64,000 nt of DNA from an uncultured Chitinophagaceae bacterium (GTDB lineage Bacteria > Bacteroidota > Bacteroidia > Chitinophagales > CAIOSU01): assembly GCA_964502525.1 (NCBI GenBank), contig CAZCXH010000001.1, positions 37,480 to 101,479 of the forward strand, given 5' to 3'. The notes below the pieces were generated by a model. The model had not been told where the DNA came from and made no database searches. It saw nothing but the letters and a program-made list of their open reading frames with translations. Each line of letters begins with the position of its first letter. Within the stretch, counting starts at the first letter, position 1. Of the stretch, positions 10,125-18,181 are shown piece after piece. The position numbers and the translations under genes are program-made.

Positions 10125-10355
10125 ATGGAGTTGAAATTTATTACGGACGAAAAGGGGAATCCGGTTGAAGTGATAGTCCCTATCAGGGAATGGAAGAACA
10201 TCGAAAAGAAGATAAGTTCGGTGAAAAAAAAGAAGGGGTTGTCAAAGAAGCAGGAAATTCTGAACGGATTAAAGCGCTCCATTGAAGCGGTTCGCCTTCA
10301 CCGTCAGGGAAAACTTAAACTCAAAACAGCGGAAGACTTATTGAATGAGCTATAG
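10125..10355 (+). CDS. putative antitoxin
   Basis: 76-aa ORF that overlaps the start of the following toxin-like ORF by 11 nt. Confidence 0.55.
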   Translation: MELKFITDEKGNPVEVIVPIREWKNIEKKISSVKKKKGLSKKQEILNGLKRSIEAVRLHRQGKLKLKTAEDLLNEL

Positions 10356-10673
10356 CATTCTTCCCACTCCTGATTTTGAAAAAGTTCTCAGGCGATTGGT
10401 GAAGAAATATCCTTCTTTAAAGAAAGAGTATGGCGAGTTGGTGATATCGCTGAAAGAGAATCCGATTCAGGGTGATCCGCTCGGAAAGAATTGCTACAAG
10501 ATAAGGATAGCGATTAAATCAAAAGGAAAGGGAAAAAGTGAGGCGCCAGGGTTATAACTTTCGTTGCAGTGGTGCATGAAGTGGTTTACCTGTTGTCTAT
10601 TTACGACAAATCTGAGAAAGAAAACATCTCAGATATGGAATTGAAAATCCTGCTTGAGCAAATTCCTGAATAG
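10345..10673 (+). pseudogene. RelE/HigB-like toxin, frameshifted
   Basis: The ORF stops at 10557 (...GKGKSEAPGL*). The +2 frame continues GARVITFVAVVHEVVYLLSIYDKSEKENISDMELKILLEQIPE* to 10673. Adding one G between 10540 and 10541 would restore the family motif KSGGARVI. Confidence 0.75.
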
Positions 10674-10714
10674 TTTTTATTTTTTCATTTGTAAATTTCA
10701 TAATTTTATCCATA

Positions 10715-11206
10715 ATGCAGGCTGTCGTAACAGATAACCTTTCAGCCGTTCACGGTGTTTTTTCAAACTACCTTGAAAAACACAAGCTGCGAAAAACACA
10801 GGAGCGCTTCATCATCCTCGATGAGATTTACCAGCGCACCGATCATTTCGATGCGGAAACACTGTTTGTAGATTTAAAAAAGAAAAATCACAACGTCAGC
10901 AGGGCAACAGTTTACAATACGCTTGATTTGCTAGTTGCCTGCGACCTTGTGAAAAAGCACCAGTTCGGCAACCAGCAAACGCAGTACGAAAAGGCTTACC
11001 ACTACCGCCAGCACGACCACCTCATCTGCGATGATTGCAACGAGGTGATGGAATTCTGCGATCCGCGTATCGGGCAGATACAAACTAAGATCGGTGAGCT
11101 GCTTCACTTCAAAATCAACAGCCATTCGCTAATTTTACACGGCAGTTGCAAACGGGAAAATTGTCCCAACTTAGCGTCTGTAAGAAAAGAAACCTGGCAG
11201 GTTTAA
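10715..11206 (+). CDS. Fur-family metal-responsive transcriptional repressor
   Basis: Winged-helix N-terminus (SRATVYNTLDLL), HDHLICDDC and a C-terminal Cys pair. Confidence 0.85.
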   Translation: MQAVVTDNLSAVHGVFSNYLEKHKLRKTQERFIILDEIYQRTDHFDAETLFVDLKKKNHNVSRATVYNTLDLLVACDLVKKHQFGNQQTQYEKAYHYRQHDHLICDDCNEVMEFCDPRIGQIQTKIGELLHFKINSHSLILHGSCKRENCPNLASVRKETWQV

Positions 11207-11237
11207 TAAACCTGTGAGGTTTGAAAAAAGTTACAAC

Positions 11238-11579
11238 ATGGATTTCACCATCAACCAAAACGGCAACTCCGCCATCATCGTGCTGAAAGGCAGTTTGCTC
11301 GCTGACATTCAGACACGCGAAATTCTTGACAAGGTGAGCGAGCTTGTGCAGGAAGGAAAAGTCAACTTCGTGGTGGACATGGCGCAGTTGAAGTTCATCA
11401 ACAGTTCGGGTTTAGGAATGCTGCTCACGTGCCTGCTGAAGGCGCGCAAGAACCGGGGCGACCTCATTCTTGCCAACGTTCCCGAACAGGTCAGCAACCT
11501 GCTGAACATCACCAAGCTCAATTCCGTTTTCACGATAGCGGAATCCGTGAATGAAGCGAAGGAGAAATTCAAAGTGTGA
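11238..11579 (+). CDS. STAS-domain anti-sigma-factor antagonist
   Basis: About 113 aa. Contains FINSSGLGML, the phospho-Ser loop of SpoIIAA-like proteins. The ATG at 11238 is preferred over the GTG at 11214. Confidence 0.8.
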   Translation: MDFTINQNGNSAIIVLKGSLLADIQTREILDKVSELVQEGKVNFVVDMAQLKFINSSGLGMLLTCLLKARKNRGDLILANVPEQVSNLLNITKLNSVFTIAESVNEAKEKFKV

Positions 11580-11635
11580 CCGCTGCAACTTTCCAGCTAA
11601 TTTTAAACCTTAAACTTTAGTCTTTAAACTAAGAT

Positions 11636-12919
11636 ATGAACGCAGATATTTTATTGGGTTTGCAATGGGGCGATGAAGGGAAAGGGAAGATTGTGGATTA
11701 CCTTGCGAAAAATTATAACATCATCGCGCGTTTTCAGGGAGGTCCCAACGCAGGTCATACGCTGAAGGTGAACGGTGAAAGTTTTGTGCTTCACACCATC
11801 CCTTCCGGAATTTTTAATGAGGGTGTGCTGAATGTGATCGGCAATGGCGTGGTGATTGACCCGATTACATTGAAAAAAGAAATTGACAGGCTGAAGCTGC
11901 TCGGAGTGGATGTTGCAAAAAGGCTGGTGGTATCCAACCGCGCCCAACTCATCCTGCCCACGCACAAGCAATTGGATGCGGCATCTGAAGCCAAAAAGGG
12001 TGAAGAGAAAATCGGCTCCACGCTTCGCGGCATCACACCGGCATACATGGACAAAACCGGCAGAAACGGATTGCGTGTTGGCGATATTGTTTTCAGTGAT
12101 TTCAGGAAGAGGTATGAATACTTGAAAGAAAAACATCTTTCATTGTTGAAGATGTATGACTTCGGGTTTGACATTGCCGATATGGAAAAACAGTGGTTTG
12201 AAGGAATCGGGGCGCTGCGCGAGTTGAAGCTGATCAATGCGGAATATTTGCTGAATGATGAATTAAAGAATGGAAAGAGGATTTTGGCGGAAGGCGCGCA
12301 GGGAACCATGCTCGATGTTGACTTCGGAACCTATCCTTACGTTACTTCATCGAACACCATTGCAGCCTCAGCATGCAAGGGACTTGGAATTCCACCGACA
12401 AGCATTAAAGATGTTATTGGAATTTCAAAAGCATACTGCACCCGCGTGGGTGGCGGACCGTTTCCAACGGAACTGAAAGACGAAACCGGAGACCGCATCC
12501 GCAAAATTGGCGGTGAATTCGGAGCAACCACCGGACGCCCCAGGCGCTGCGGCTGGATTGACCTGCCGGCACTGAAATACGCCTGCCTGCTGAATGGCGT
12601 CACGCAAATCATCATCACGAAAGCCGATGTGCTGAATGATTTTGACGAAATAAAAGTTTGCACGCACTATCAAATCGGGAATGAAACAACCACCGAATTG
12701 CCTTATGATTTGTGTGTAACGGAGGCAAAGCCCATTTACAGGACCATGCCCGGCTGGCGGAAATCCATTGACAAGTTCCAGTCGTTTGACGAGTTGCCCG
12801 GTGAAATGCAGGGCTATGTCGAATACCTGGAAGAATATCTCGCCACTCCGGTTACAATGATTTCAAGCGGACCTCAGCGCAATCAGCTTATCATGAAATT
12901 GAGCGATACCATCGCATAA
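11636..12919 (+). CDS. purA: adenylosuccinate synthase
   Basis: QWGDEGKGK, GPNAGHT, GTTGRGIGP-like and TTGRPRRCGW blocks; 427 aa. Confidence 0.95.
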   Translation: MNADILLGLQWGDEGKGKIVDYLAKNYNIIARFQGGPNAGHTLKVNGESFVLHTIPSGIFNEGVLNVIGNGVVIDPITLKKEIDRLKLLGVDVAKRLVVSNRAQLILPTHKQLDAASEAKKGEEKIGSTLRGITPAYMDKTGRNGLRVGDIVFSDFRKRYEYLKEKHLSLLKMYDFGFDIADMEKQWFEGIGALRELKLINAEYLLNDELKNGKRILAEGAQGTMLDVDFGTYPYVTSSNTIAASACKGLGIPPTSIKDVIGISKAYCTRVGGGPFPTELKDETGDRIRKIGGEFGATTGRPRRCGWIDLPALKYACLLNGVTQIIITKADVLNDFDEIKVCTHYQIGNETTTELPYDLCVTEAKPIYRTMPGWRKSIDKFQSFDELPGEMQGYVEYLEEYLATPVTMISSGPQRNQLIMKLSDTIA

Positions 12920-12951
12920 AGCCGGCATCGCTTGCTTTGCTATATAATAAC

Positions 12952-14271
12952 ATGCTTCGCCACACGACTCATATCATCATTGATGATCCGGACAACTTCA
13001 AGCGGCAAGCGCTGAGTTGGGCGGATGAAAATTTTGACACGGCCTGCTATTTCGACAATAATCATTACAAGAATTATTCACATCATTCTTATGAGGGACT
13101 CATTGCAGCAGGCGTAAAGAACATGCTGCTGCTGAATTGCGCAAACGCATTTGACAGCCTTAAGAATTTTTATGAAAACAGGAAAGACTGGCTCTTCGGC
13201 TTTCTCGGATATGACTTGAAAAACGAAGTCGAAAAACTTCAATCAGAAAATCATGACGGCCTGAATTTCCCCGATTTGTTTTTCTTCCAGCCGGAAGTGG
13301 TGATTGAGATTTTTGAGAAGCATGCGGTGGCGCATGCTTGCAGCGGTGCTTTCCCGCTCGCAATGCTCCGGAAGGCGCAAAACTCAATTCCGTCCGCATC
13401 ATCAGGGGAGATTCAACTCTGCAGCCGTGTTTCGAAAAGGGAGTACCTTGATACAGTTCAGAAAATCCGCAAGCACATATCGCGGGGCGATATCTATGAG
13501 ATGAATTATTGCCATGAATTTTTTGCCGAAAATGCCGGGATCAATCCGCTCAGCGCTTTTCTGCTACTGAACGAAGCCTCAAAAGCTCCCTTTTCATGTT
13601 ACTTAAAATTTGAAGGCAAGTATCTTTTATCGGCAAGTCCGGAGAGGTTTATGAAGAAGGAAGGAAGTAAACTTATTTCAATGCCTGTTAAAGGCACGGC
13701 CCGCAGGGGAAAAAGCCAGGATGAAGATGAGTCGTTGCGGAAAAAACTTTTTACAGATCCGAAAGAGCGCTCCGAAAATGTGATGATTGTGGACCTGGTG
13801 AGAAATGATTTGTCGCGCGGTTGCCTGGAGGGAACGGTGAAAGTGGAAGAGTTATTCGGCATCAAAACATTCCGGCAGGTGCATCAGATGGTTTCGGCAA
13901 TTTCAGGAACGATGAGAGATGATGCGCATTTCATTGATGCAATTAAAAACGCTTTCCCGATGGGATCCATGACGGGCGCTCCAAAAGTTCGCGCGATGGA
14001 ATTGATCGAGCAGTACGAAAAAACAAAGCGCGGCTTATATTCCGGTGCTGTTGGATACATTGCGCCTGATGGAGATTTTGATTTCAACGTGGTGATCCGT
14101 TCGCTGCTCTACAATTCAGTCAATCAATATCTCTCGTTCCATGTCGGCAGTGCGATTGTTGCGGATTCAGTTCCGGAAAAGGAATATGAGGAGTGTTTGC
14201 TGAAAGCGAAGGCGCTGAGGGAAGTGATACAGTCGGCTATGATTAACAGCGATTCGCCCACAATGGCTTAA
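12952..14271 (+). CDS. pabB: aminodeoxychorismate/anthranilate synthase component I family (PabB-like)
   Basis: Chorismate-binding C-terminus: SPERF, KGT..RG, ENVMIVDL.RND, FP.GSMTGAPK, RG.Y.GA.GY. Starts at the first ATG. Confidence 0.8.
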   Translation: MLRHTTHIIIDDPDNFKRQALSWADENFDTACYFDNNHYKNYSHHSYEGLIAAGVKNMLLLNCANAFDSLKNFYENRKDWLFGFLGYDLKNEVEKLQSENHDGLNFPDLFFFQPEVVIEIFEKHAVAHACSGAFPLAMLRKAQNSIPSASSGEIQLCSRVSKREYLDTVQKIRKHISRGDIYEMNYCHEFFAENAGINPLSAFLLLNEASKAPFSCYLKFEGKYLLSASPERFMKKEGSKLISMPVKGTARRGKSQDEDESLRKKLFTDPKERSENVMIVDLVRNDLSRGCLEGTVKVEELFGIKTFRQVHQMVSAISGTMRDDAHFIDAIKNAFPMGSMTGAPKVRAMELIEQYEKTKRGLYSGAVGYIAPDGDFDFNVVIRSLLYNSVNQYLSFHVGSAIVADSVPEKEYEECLLKAKALREVIQSAMINSDSPTMA

Positions 14272-14450
14272 AGCTTTGGCACATTTTTAAAATTTGTCAA
14301 AACAATCCGACTAAATATTTCATCTCACCATGACACCCTTTGGCTGAGTCTCATCCTAACATTGCCTGAAATGATCTTCGCATGCAGGGCAACGATGATT
14401 TCGACATTCACGCAGTTCTTGAGCATCTCAATTAACTCTGGTCGGAACAT

Positions 14451-14819
14451 TTGGACGACCAGGAGGATCCCTCGATCGTGGATGACATCATCGAAACGAT
14501 AAAATCCCTTGTTATCAATGGATATGACTTTTTGCTGCTCAACCAATTGAGATTTGATGATATTGCTCCGGTTGCCGGGCAGCATTTAAAGGAATTAGCT
14601 GACATCGCCTCAAAGAAGAATGTGGTAATAAAAAACCAACACTACGACACGGCAGCATGGCTGAGAGACCGCGAGAAAACAATCATTGGCAATATCCTTT
14701 CTGAAAAATTTGGGAAGAAATATTTCATGTTGCTGGACGAAGCGGAAAAGAAAATTATTTTCAGGTATTCGAATAGGGATATAGATAGGCTGGTGCCGGA
14801 CAATAGAAAAAGGTTTTAG
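14451..14819 (+). CDS. small hypothetical protein with a UVR-like motif
   Basis: HYDTAAWLRDREK resembles the UvrB/UvrC/McsA UVR motif (Y/F-E-x-A-A-x-L-R-D). There is no in-frame ATG, so the track uses a TTG start. An in-frame ATG at 14382 is separated from the ORF by TAA 14433-14435. It competes with the antisense ORF 14325..14585. Confidence 0.35.
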   Translation: MDDQEDPSIVDDIIETIKSLVINGYDFLLLNQLRFDDIAPVAGQHLKELADIASKKNVVIKNQHYDTAAWLRDREKTIIGNILSEKFGKKYFMLLDEAEKKIIFRYSNRDIDRLVPDNRKRF

Positions 14820-14827
14820 AGAATTAT

Positions 14828-14835
14828 TACTTTTG
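14828..14835 (+). promoter_or_regulatory. candidate Bacteroidota -7 box (tacttttg = TAnnTTTG)
   Basis: Exact match to the TAnnTTTG consensus, 47 nt upstream of the ATG at 14882. No convincing -33 TTG element. Confidence 0.3.
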
Positions 14836-14881
14836 GAAATCTGATCGAAGATAATATCGTAACTTAAAAATACTTCTTAAC

Positions 14882-15898
14882 ATGACTATTTGGGCGCTTA
14901 AAGGACCTTCTTCTGAAGATTATAGTATTAAAGAATTGCAAGAAGCTCAGCAATTTCTGACAGATTCATTTAAAAATGGAACATCCCGATTTGGGTGGAG
15001 TTACATTGATGGAGCAAATCTCAATAACCTGCAATCAAAGCAATGGCAAGAAATGACAGATGATGAACGGAACTGTTGGTCAAAAGCAAATTTTCTGCTT
15101 GAGATCGAAAAAGATGACTGGGTTGTGCATATTAATTTACCCTACTGGGGTGCCTGTCTTGCAGGGCAGGTTACAGAAACATACGCCTTTGAGGAAGAAA
15201 ATGATTTTGGTGATTATCGGCATACTCTGAAGATTGATATAGACAGTATTGTTGAGTTTGAAAGGAATGATGATGAGGTGTTGCCGGTTATAGGTAGTAG
15301 ATTAAAGCTACAAGGCAGATTCTGGCGTATCCAATACGTTGAAGAGTTCCTACAGTCAATTCAAAATTTAAAATCTAAGTCATTAAAAAAAAGTGACAAT
15401 GAGAGTGTCGGGATTTACTATCTTAAAAAAGACTTATCCCCTTTGCTTAAAAATATAACCAATAAAATTCAAAAGACTCATCCTTCCGGGAAACTGGAAA
15501 ACTTAATTGCTGAAGTGTTTCGCAAAATACCCAACGTGGTTGACGTTAATGAGCACGGAAGGAATAAGGGTTGGGGAACCGACCATGGTGCGGATTTAAT
15601 TGTTACTTACAAATCCGGGCTCACAATCAGCAACCTTGAAAAAGAAGAAAAGCTTGTTGTTCAGGTAAAGTCATATACAGGCCAGCATTGGGAAACCACT
15701 GCCGTCCAGCAAATTGAAAACGCCATATCCGAGTTTACAGCGGATGCTGGTTTAATTATTACAACAGCTGAAAGCACAAAAAATCTGGAGGAAGCAATTG
15801 AAACGTTAAGTAACAAAACAGAGAAGCCGATTGGCTTGATTGCTGGAGAAGATGTTGCGAAGTTTGTGTTGAAATATGGTAGAGAATTAATCCTCTGA
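14882..15898 (+). CDS. Mrr-type PD-(D/E)xK restriction endonuclease domain protein with an unassigned ~200-aa N-terminal domain
   Basis: C-terminus WGTDHGADLIV-(17 aa)-VVQVKSY fits the Mrr_cat D...(D/E)xK core. The N-terminal half (FGWSY, DDWVVHINLPYWGACLAGQV, GDYRH, GRFWRI) is unassigned. AT-rich: one 60-nt line counted by hand gives 21/60 GC. Confidence 0.75.
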   Translation: MTIWALKGPSSEDYSIKELQEAQQFLTDSFKNGTSRFGWSYIDGANLNNLQSKQWQEMTDDERNCWSKANFLLEIEKDDWVVHINLPYWGACLAGQVTETYAFEEENDFGDYRHTLKIDIDSIVEFERNDDEVLPVIGSRLKLQGRFWRIQYVEEFLQSIQNLKSKSLKKSDNESVGIYYLKKDLSPLLKNITNKIQKTHPSGKLENLIAEVFRKIPNVVDVNEHGRNKGWGTDHGADLIVTYKSGLTISNLEKEEKLVVQVKSYTGQHWETTAVQQIENAISEFTADAGLIITTAESTKNLEEAIETLSNKTEKPIGLIAGEDVAKFVLKYGRELIL

Positions 15899-15921
15899 AC
15901 TTCGGACAATTTTTTGTTTAA

Positions 15922-16439
15922 ATGACTTCCTTTACTGCCCGCGATTTTGAAACTGCCCAAGGCTACCGTTGGATCATCTGCCAGGTTGGATTGGTGAGAG
16001 TGGTGAATGGACAAATCACTAACAAGCTTGAGCTACTTGTACAACCTCCCGATAATCATTATTGGTGCCGCTTCACCGAAATTCACGGCATCACATCTGA
16101 GATGACTGAAAATGCTCTCACATTTGATAAAGTGTGGCATCTGATTGAGCTATCTATCCGAAATCAAAACGTAGTAGCGCACAATGGTCATGCTTTTGAT
16201 TTTCCCTGCTTGCAGCAAACACTGGATTATTACGGAATCGAAATGCCGGAATTCTATCCTCATTGTACCTACCGGTTGTTTGGTGATGGACTCGCTCGCT
16301 ATGTAAGGAATATCAGATCGAACTGAATCATCACAACGCACTCTCTGACGCACGGGCTTGTGCATGCGAGGCTATTTTTGATTCATCCGGAGCAACAGGA
16401 GGTAAGTTTATTACAGCAATAATCAAAGAATCGAAATGA
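15922..16439 (+). pseudogene. DEDDh (DnaQ/epsilon-like) 3'-5' exonuclease, frameshifted
   Basis: ExoI is ARDFETA and ExoII is HNGHAFDF, both in frame 1, which stops at 16326. ExoIII (HHNALSDARACA) is in the +2 frame, which is open from 16287 to TGA 16437-16439. A 1-nt deletion in the ctcgctcgct run (about 16291-16300) would explain the shift. Confidence 0.75.
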
Positions 16440-16933
16440 AACTAGAATTTGAAATAGTATCAATAGATTGGAGTGACTCTGCAATTAAAATACAAGATGT
16501 CTTTAAAAAAGAGACGACTACAGCCGAATTACGCAATTTCAAGGATAAGACTGACTGTCTCTATCAGGTTTATGGAGACAGCATAATTTATGGTCGTGAT
16601 AAACTTCTTTATATCGGGCTGACATCAAACCTTTCGCGTAGAACCAACAGCCATCTTGAAACGGATTTTAGCAGGATAACAAATTTTTCCTTGCTGCTTG
16701 GAGAAATAAGATGGAATACCCTTTCTAATGAAAAGTTCAAGGAAGCTGGAAATCGTGGTGAATCCTTAAAAATTTTAGAAAGCATCTTAATCACTTATGC
16801 AAAACCTTCATACAACTCGGACAACATAAAAGATATTTATCCTAAATCTCGCAATTACAACATTCTGATTCAGAATCATGGAAATAGGAGAGACTTGCCC
16901 TTGGAATGCTCCAACTCTTGGTGGAAAGAATAG
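16436..16933 (+). CDS. GIY-YIG nuclease-domain protein (UvrC/Cho N-terminal type)
   Basis: LYQVYG...LLYIGLTSNLSRRTNSH...ESILITYAKPSYN matches GIY / YIG / R / E..LI...P.YN. The ATG at 16436 overlaps the restored exonuclease stop (ATGA). Very AT-rich: 17/60 GC in one counted line. Confidence 0.65.
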   Translation: MKLEFEIVSIDWSDSAIKIQDVFKKETTTAELRNFKDKTDCLYQVYGDSIIYGRDKLLYIGLTSNLSRRTNSHLETDFSRITNFSLLLGEIRWNTLSNEKFKEAGNRGESLKILESILITYAKPSYNSDNIKDIYPKSRNYNILIQNHGNRRDLPLECSNSWWKE

Positions 16934-17010
16934 ATTCTGACATTTTTACTTTTCACTGAATGTTATAATAATAGTTTCAGCCCGCGACATGATTTGGCGC
17001 AGTAGTCACA

Positions 17011-17018
17011 TAGATTTG
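17011..17018 (+). promoter_or_regulatory. candidate Bacteroidota -7 box (tagatttg = TAnnTTTG)
   Basis: Exact consensus match, 27 nt upstream of the ATG at 17045, inside the 111-bp gap after the GIY-YIG gene. Confidence 0.3.
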
Positions 17019-17044
17019 CCTCCCCGTTTTAAAAATTACCATCT

Positions 17045-18163
17045 ATGATTGCTACGCAGAAAATTCAATCAACCGAGAGGAACATTGAGGTCAGGGAAAA
17101 CCTTGAAATCCGTAAAAGCGAATTGGCGATATTCGATGACCGAACAAGCTATGTCAGTTGCTCCAGGGTTTATTACGCCTACTTTGAAAAGATTCCCAGT
17201 TTGATAAGATTTGGCAGAATTAATTACAGACGCGTTATCAACTGGATAGAAAATGAGATGGCTGACCGTATTTTGAAAAAACATTCCAGGAGAGAATATG
17301 AAGATAGAAATAAATTTAGCAGTGAGACAATGGTGTATGTTCTTAAAAATAATTTGCTGATATGCCTTGGTCAGGATGGCAGCGGCTTGATTCTATATGA
17401 ACAAAACGGCAATGAGGCAGCGGAGCTTATCTTTCAAAGAGTGATTGGTTTCAGAAGGAGGAAAAGAAAAACAACTGATTTCAGCGTCATTACACGGGGA
17501 ATGGAAGGTTTCAGGCTCGTGGACATCAATAACCGGAAACCGGATCTGCAGTTGCAAAGAAACTATAATGACGACCTGATCCCATTGCATCAAAATATTT
17601 TAAAAAAGTTAAGAAGCGAAAAAACCAGTGGACTGATTTTGTTTCATGGCGCTCCTGGCACGGGCAAGACCACCTATATCCGATATCTGATTCATTGCCT
17701 GAATAAGAGGGTCATCTTTCTTTCTCCCAAACTGGCGGGAAATCTGGATTCACCTGACCTTATTAAGTTGCTGCTTGAAAACCCTGATTCAGTCTTGCTG
17801 ATTGAGGATGCGGAGGATTTGATTGCTTCAAGGGATTCGGACAAAAACTCCGGTATTTCAATGCTGCTGAATCTGTCAGATGGCATTCTTGGTGAAAGCC
17901 TTGGCATACAGGTGATTTGCACTTTCAATACAAGTATCGCAAATATTGATCGAGCGCTGTTAAGAAAAGGAAGATTGATTGGTGCGTATGAGTTCAAGCC
18001 ACTATGTGTTGCAAAATCAAAAGTGCTGTTGCATAATTTAGGAGTCACCACCTGTATCCCTCATCAGCCTATGACGCTTGCGGAAATTTATCATGTTGAG
18101 GCGAACCACTTTGAATTTAAAGCCGGGAGGAATGCGATAGGATTTGTGGCTGCTGCTGCGTAG
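17045..18163 (+). CDS. classical AAA ATPase (Bcs1-like layout) with an unassigned ~190-aa N-terminal domain
   Basis: Walker A is FHGAPGTGKTT, Walker B is VLLIEDAEDL, and the second region of homology / Arg finger is IDRALLRKGRL. The N-terminal half has no motif I recognise. Confidence 0.85.
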   Translation: MIATQKIQSTERNIEVRENLEIRKSELAIFDDRTSYVSCSRVYYAYFEKIPSLIRFGRINYRRVINWIENEMADRILKKHSRREYEDRNKFSSETMVYVLKNNLLICLGQDGSGLILYEQNGNEAAELIFQRVIGFRRRKRKTTDFSVITRGMEGFRLVDINNRKPDLQLQRNYNDDLIPLHQNILKKLRSEKTSGLILFHGAPGTGKTTYIRYLIHCLNKRVIFLSPKLAGNLDSPDLIKLLLENPDSVLLIEDAEDLIASRDSDKNSGISMLLNLSDGILGESLGIQVICTFNTSIANIDRALLRKGRLIGAYEFKPLCVAKSKVLLHNLGVTTCIPHQPMTLAEIYHVEANHFEFKAGRNAIGFVAAAA

Positions 18164-18181
18164 CTTCAAATAATATTTACC

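Noticed and set aside
11651-12673. Several 80-170-aa minus-strand ORFs inside purA
   Set aside because: They are shadow ORFs of a highly conserved gene. The purA motifs are unambiguous on the plus strand.
14325-14585. 86-aa minus-strand ORF at the island edge
   Set aside because: It competes with the plus-strand UVR-motif ORF and has no motif of its own, so I kept the plus-strand call at low confidence. This cannot be settled without homology data.
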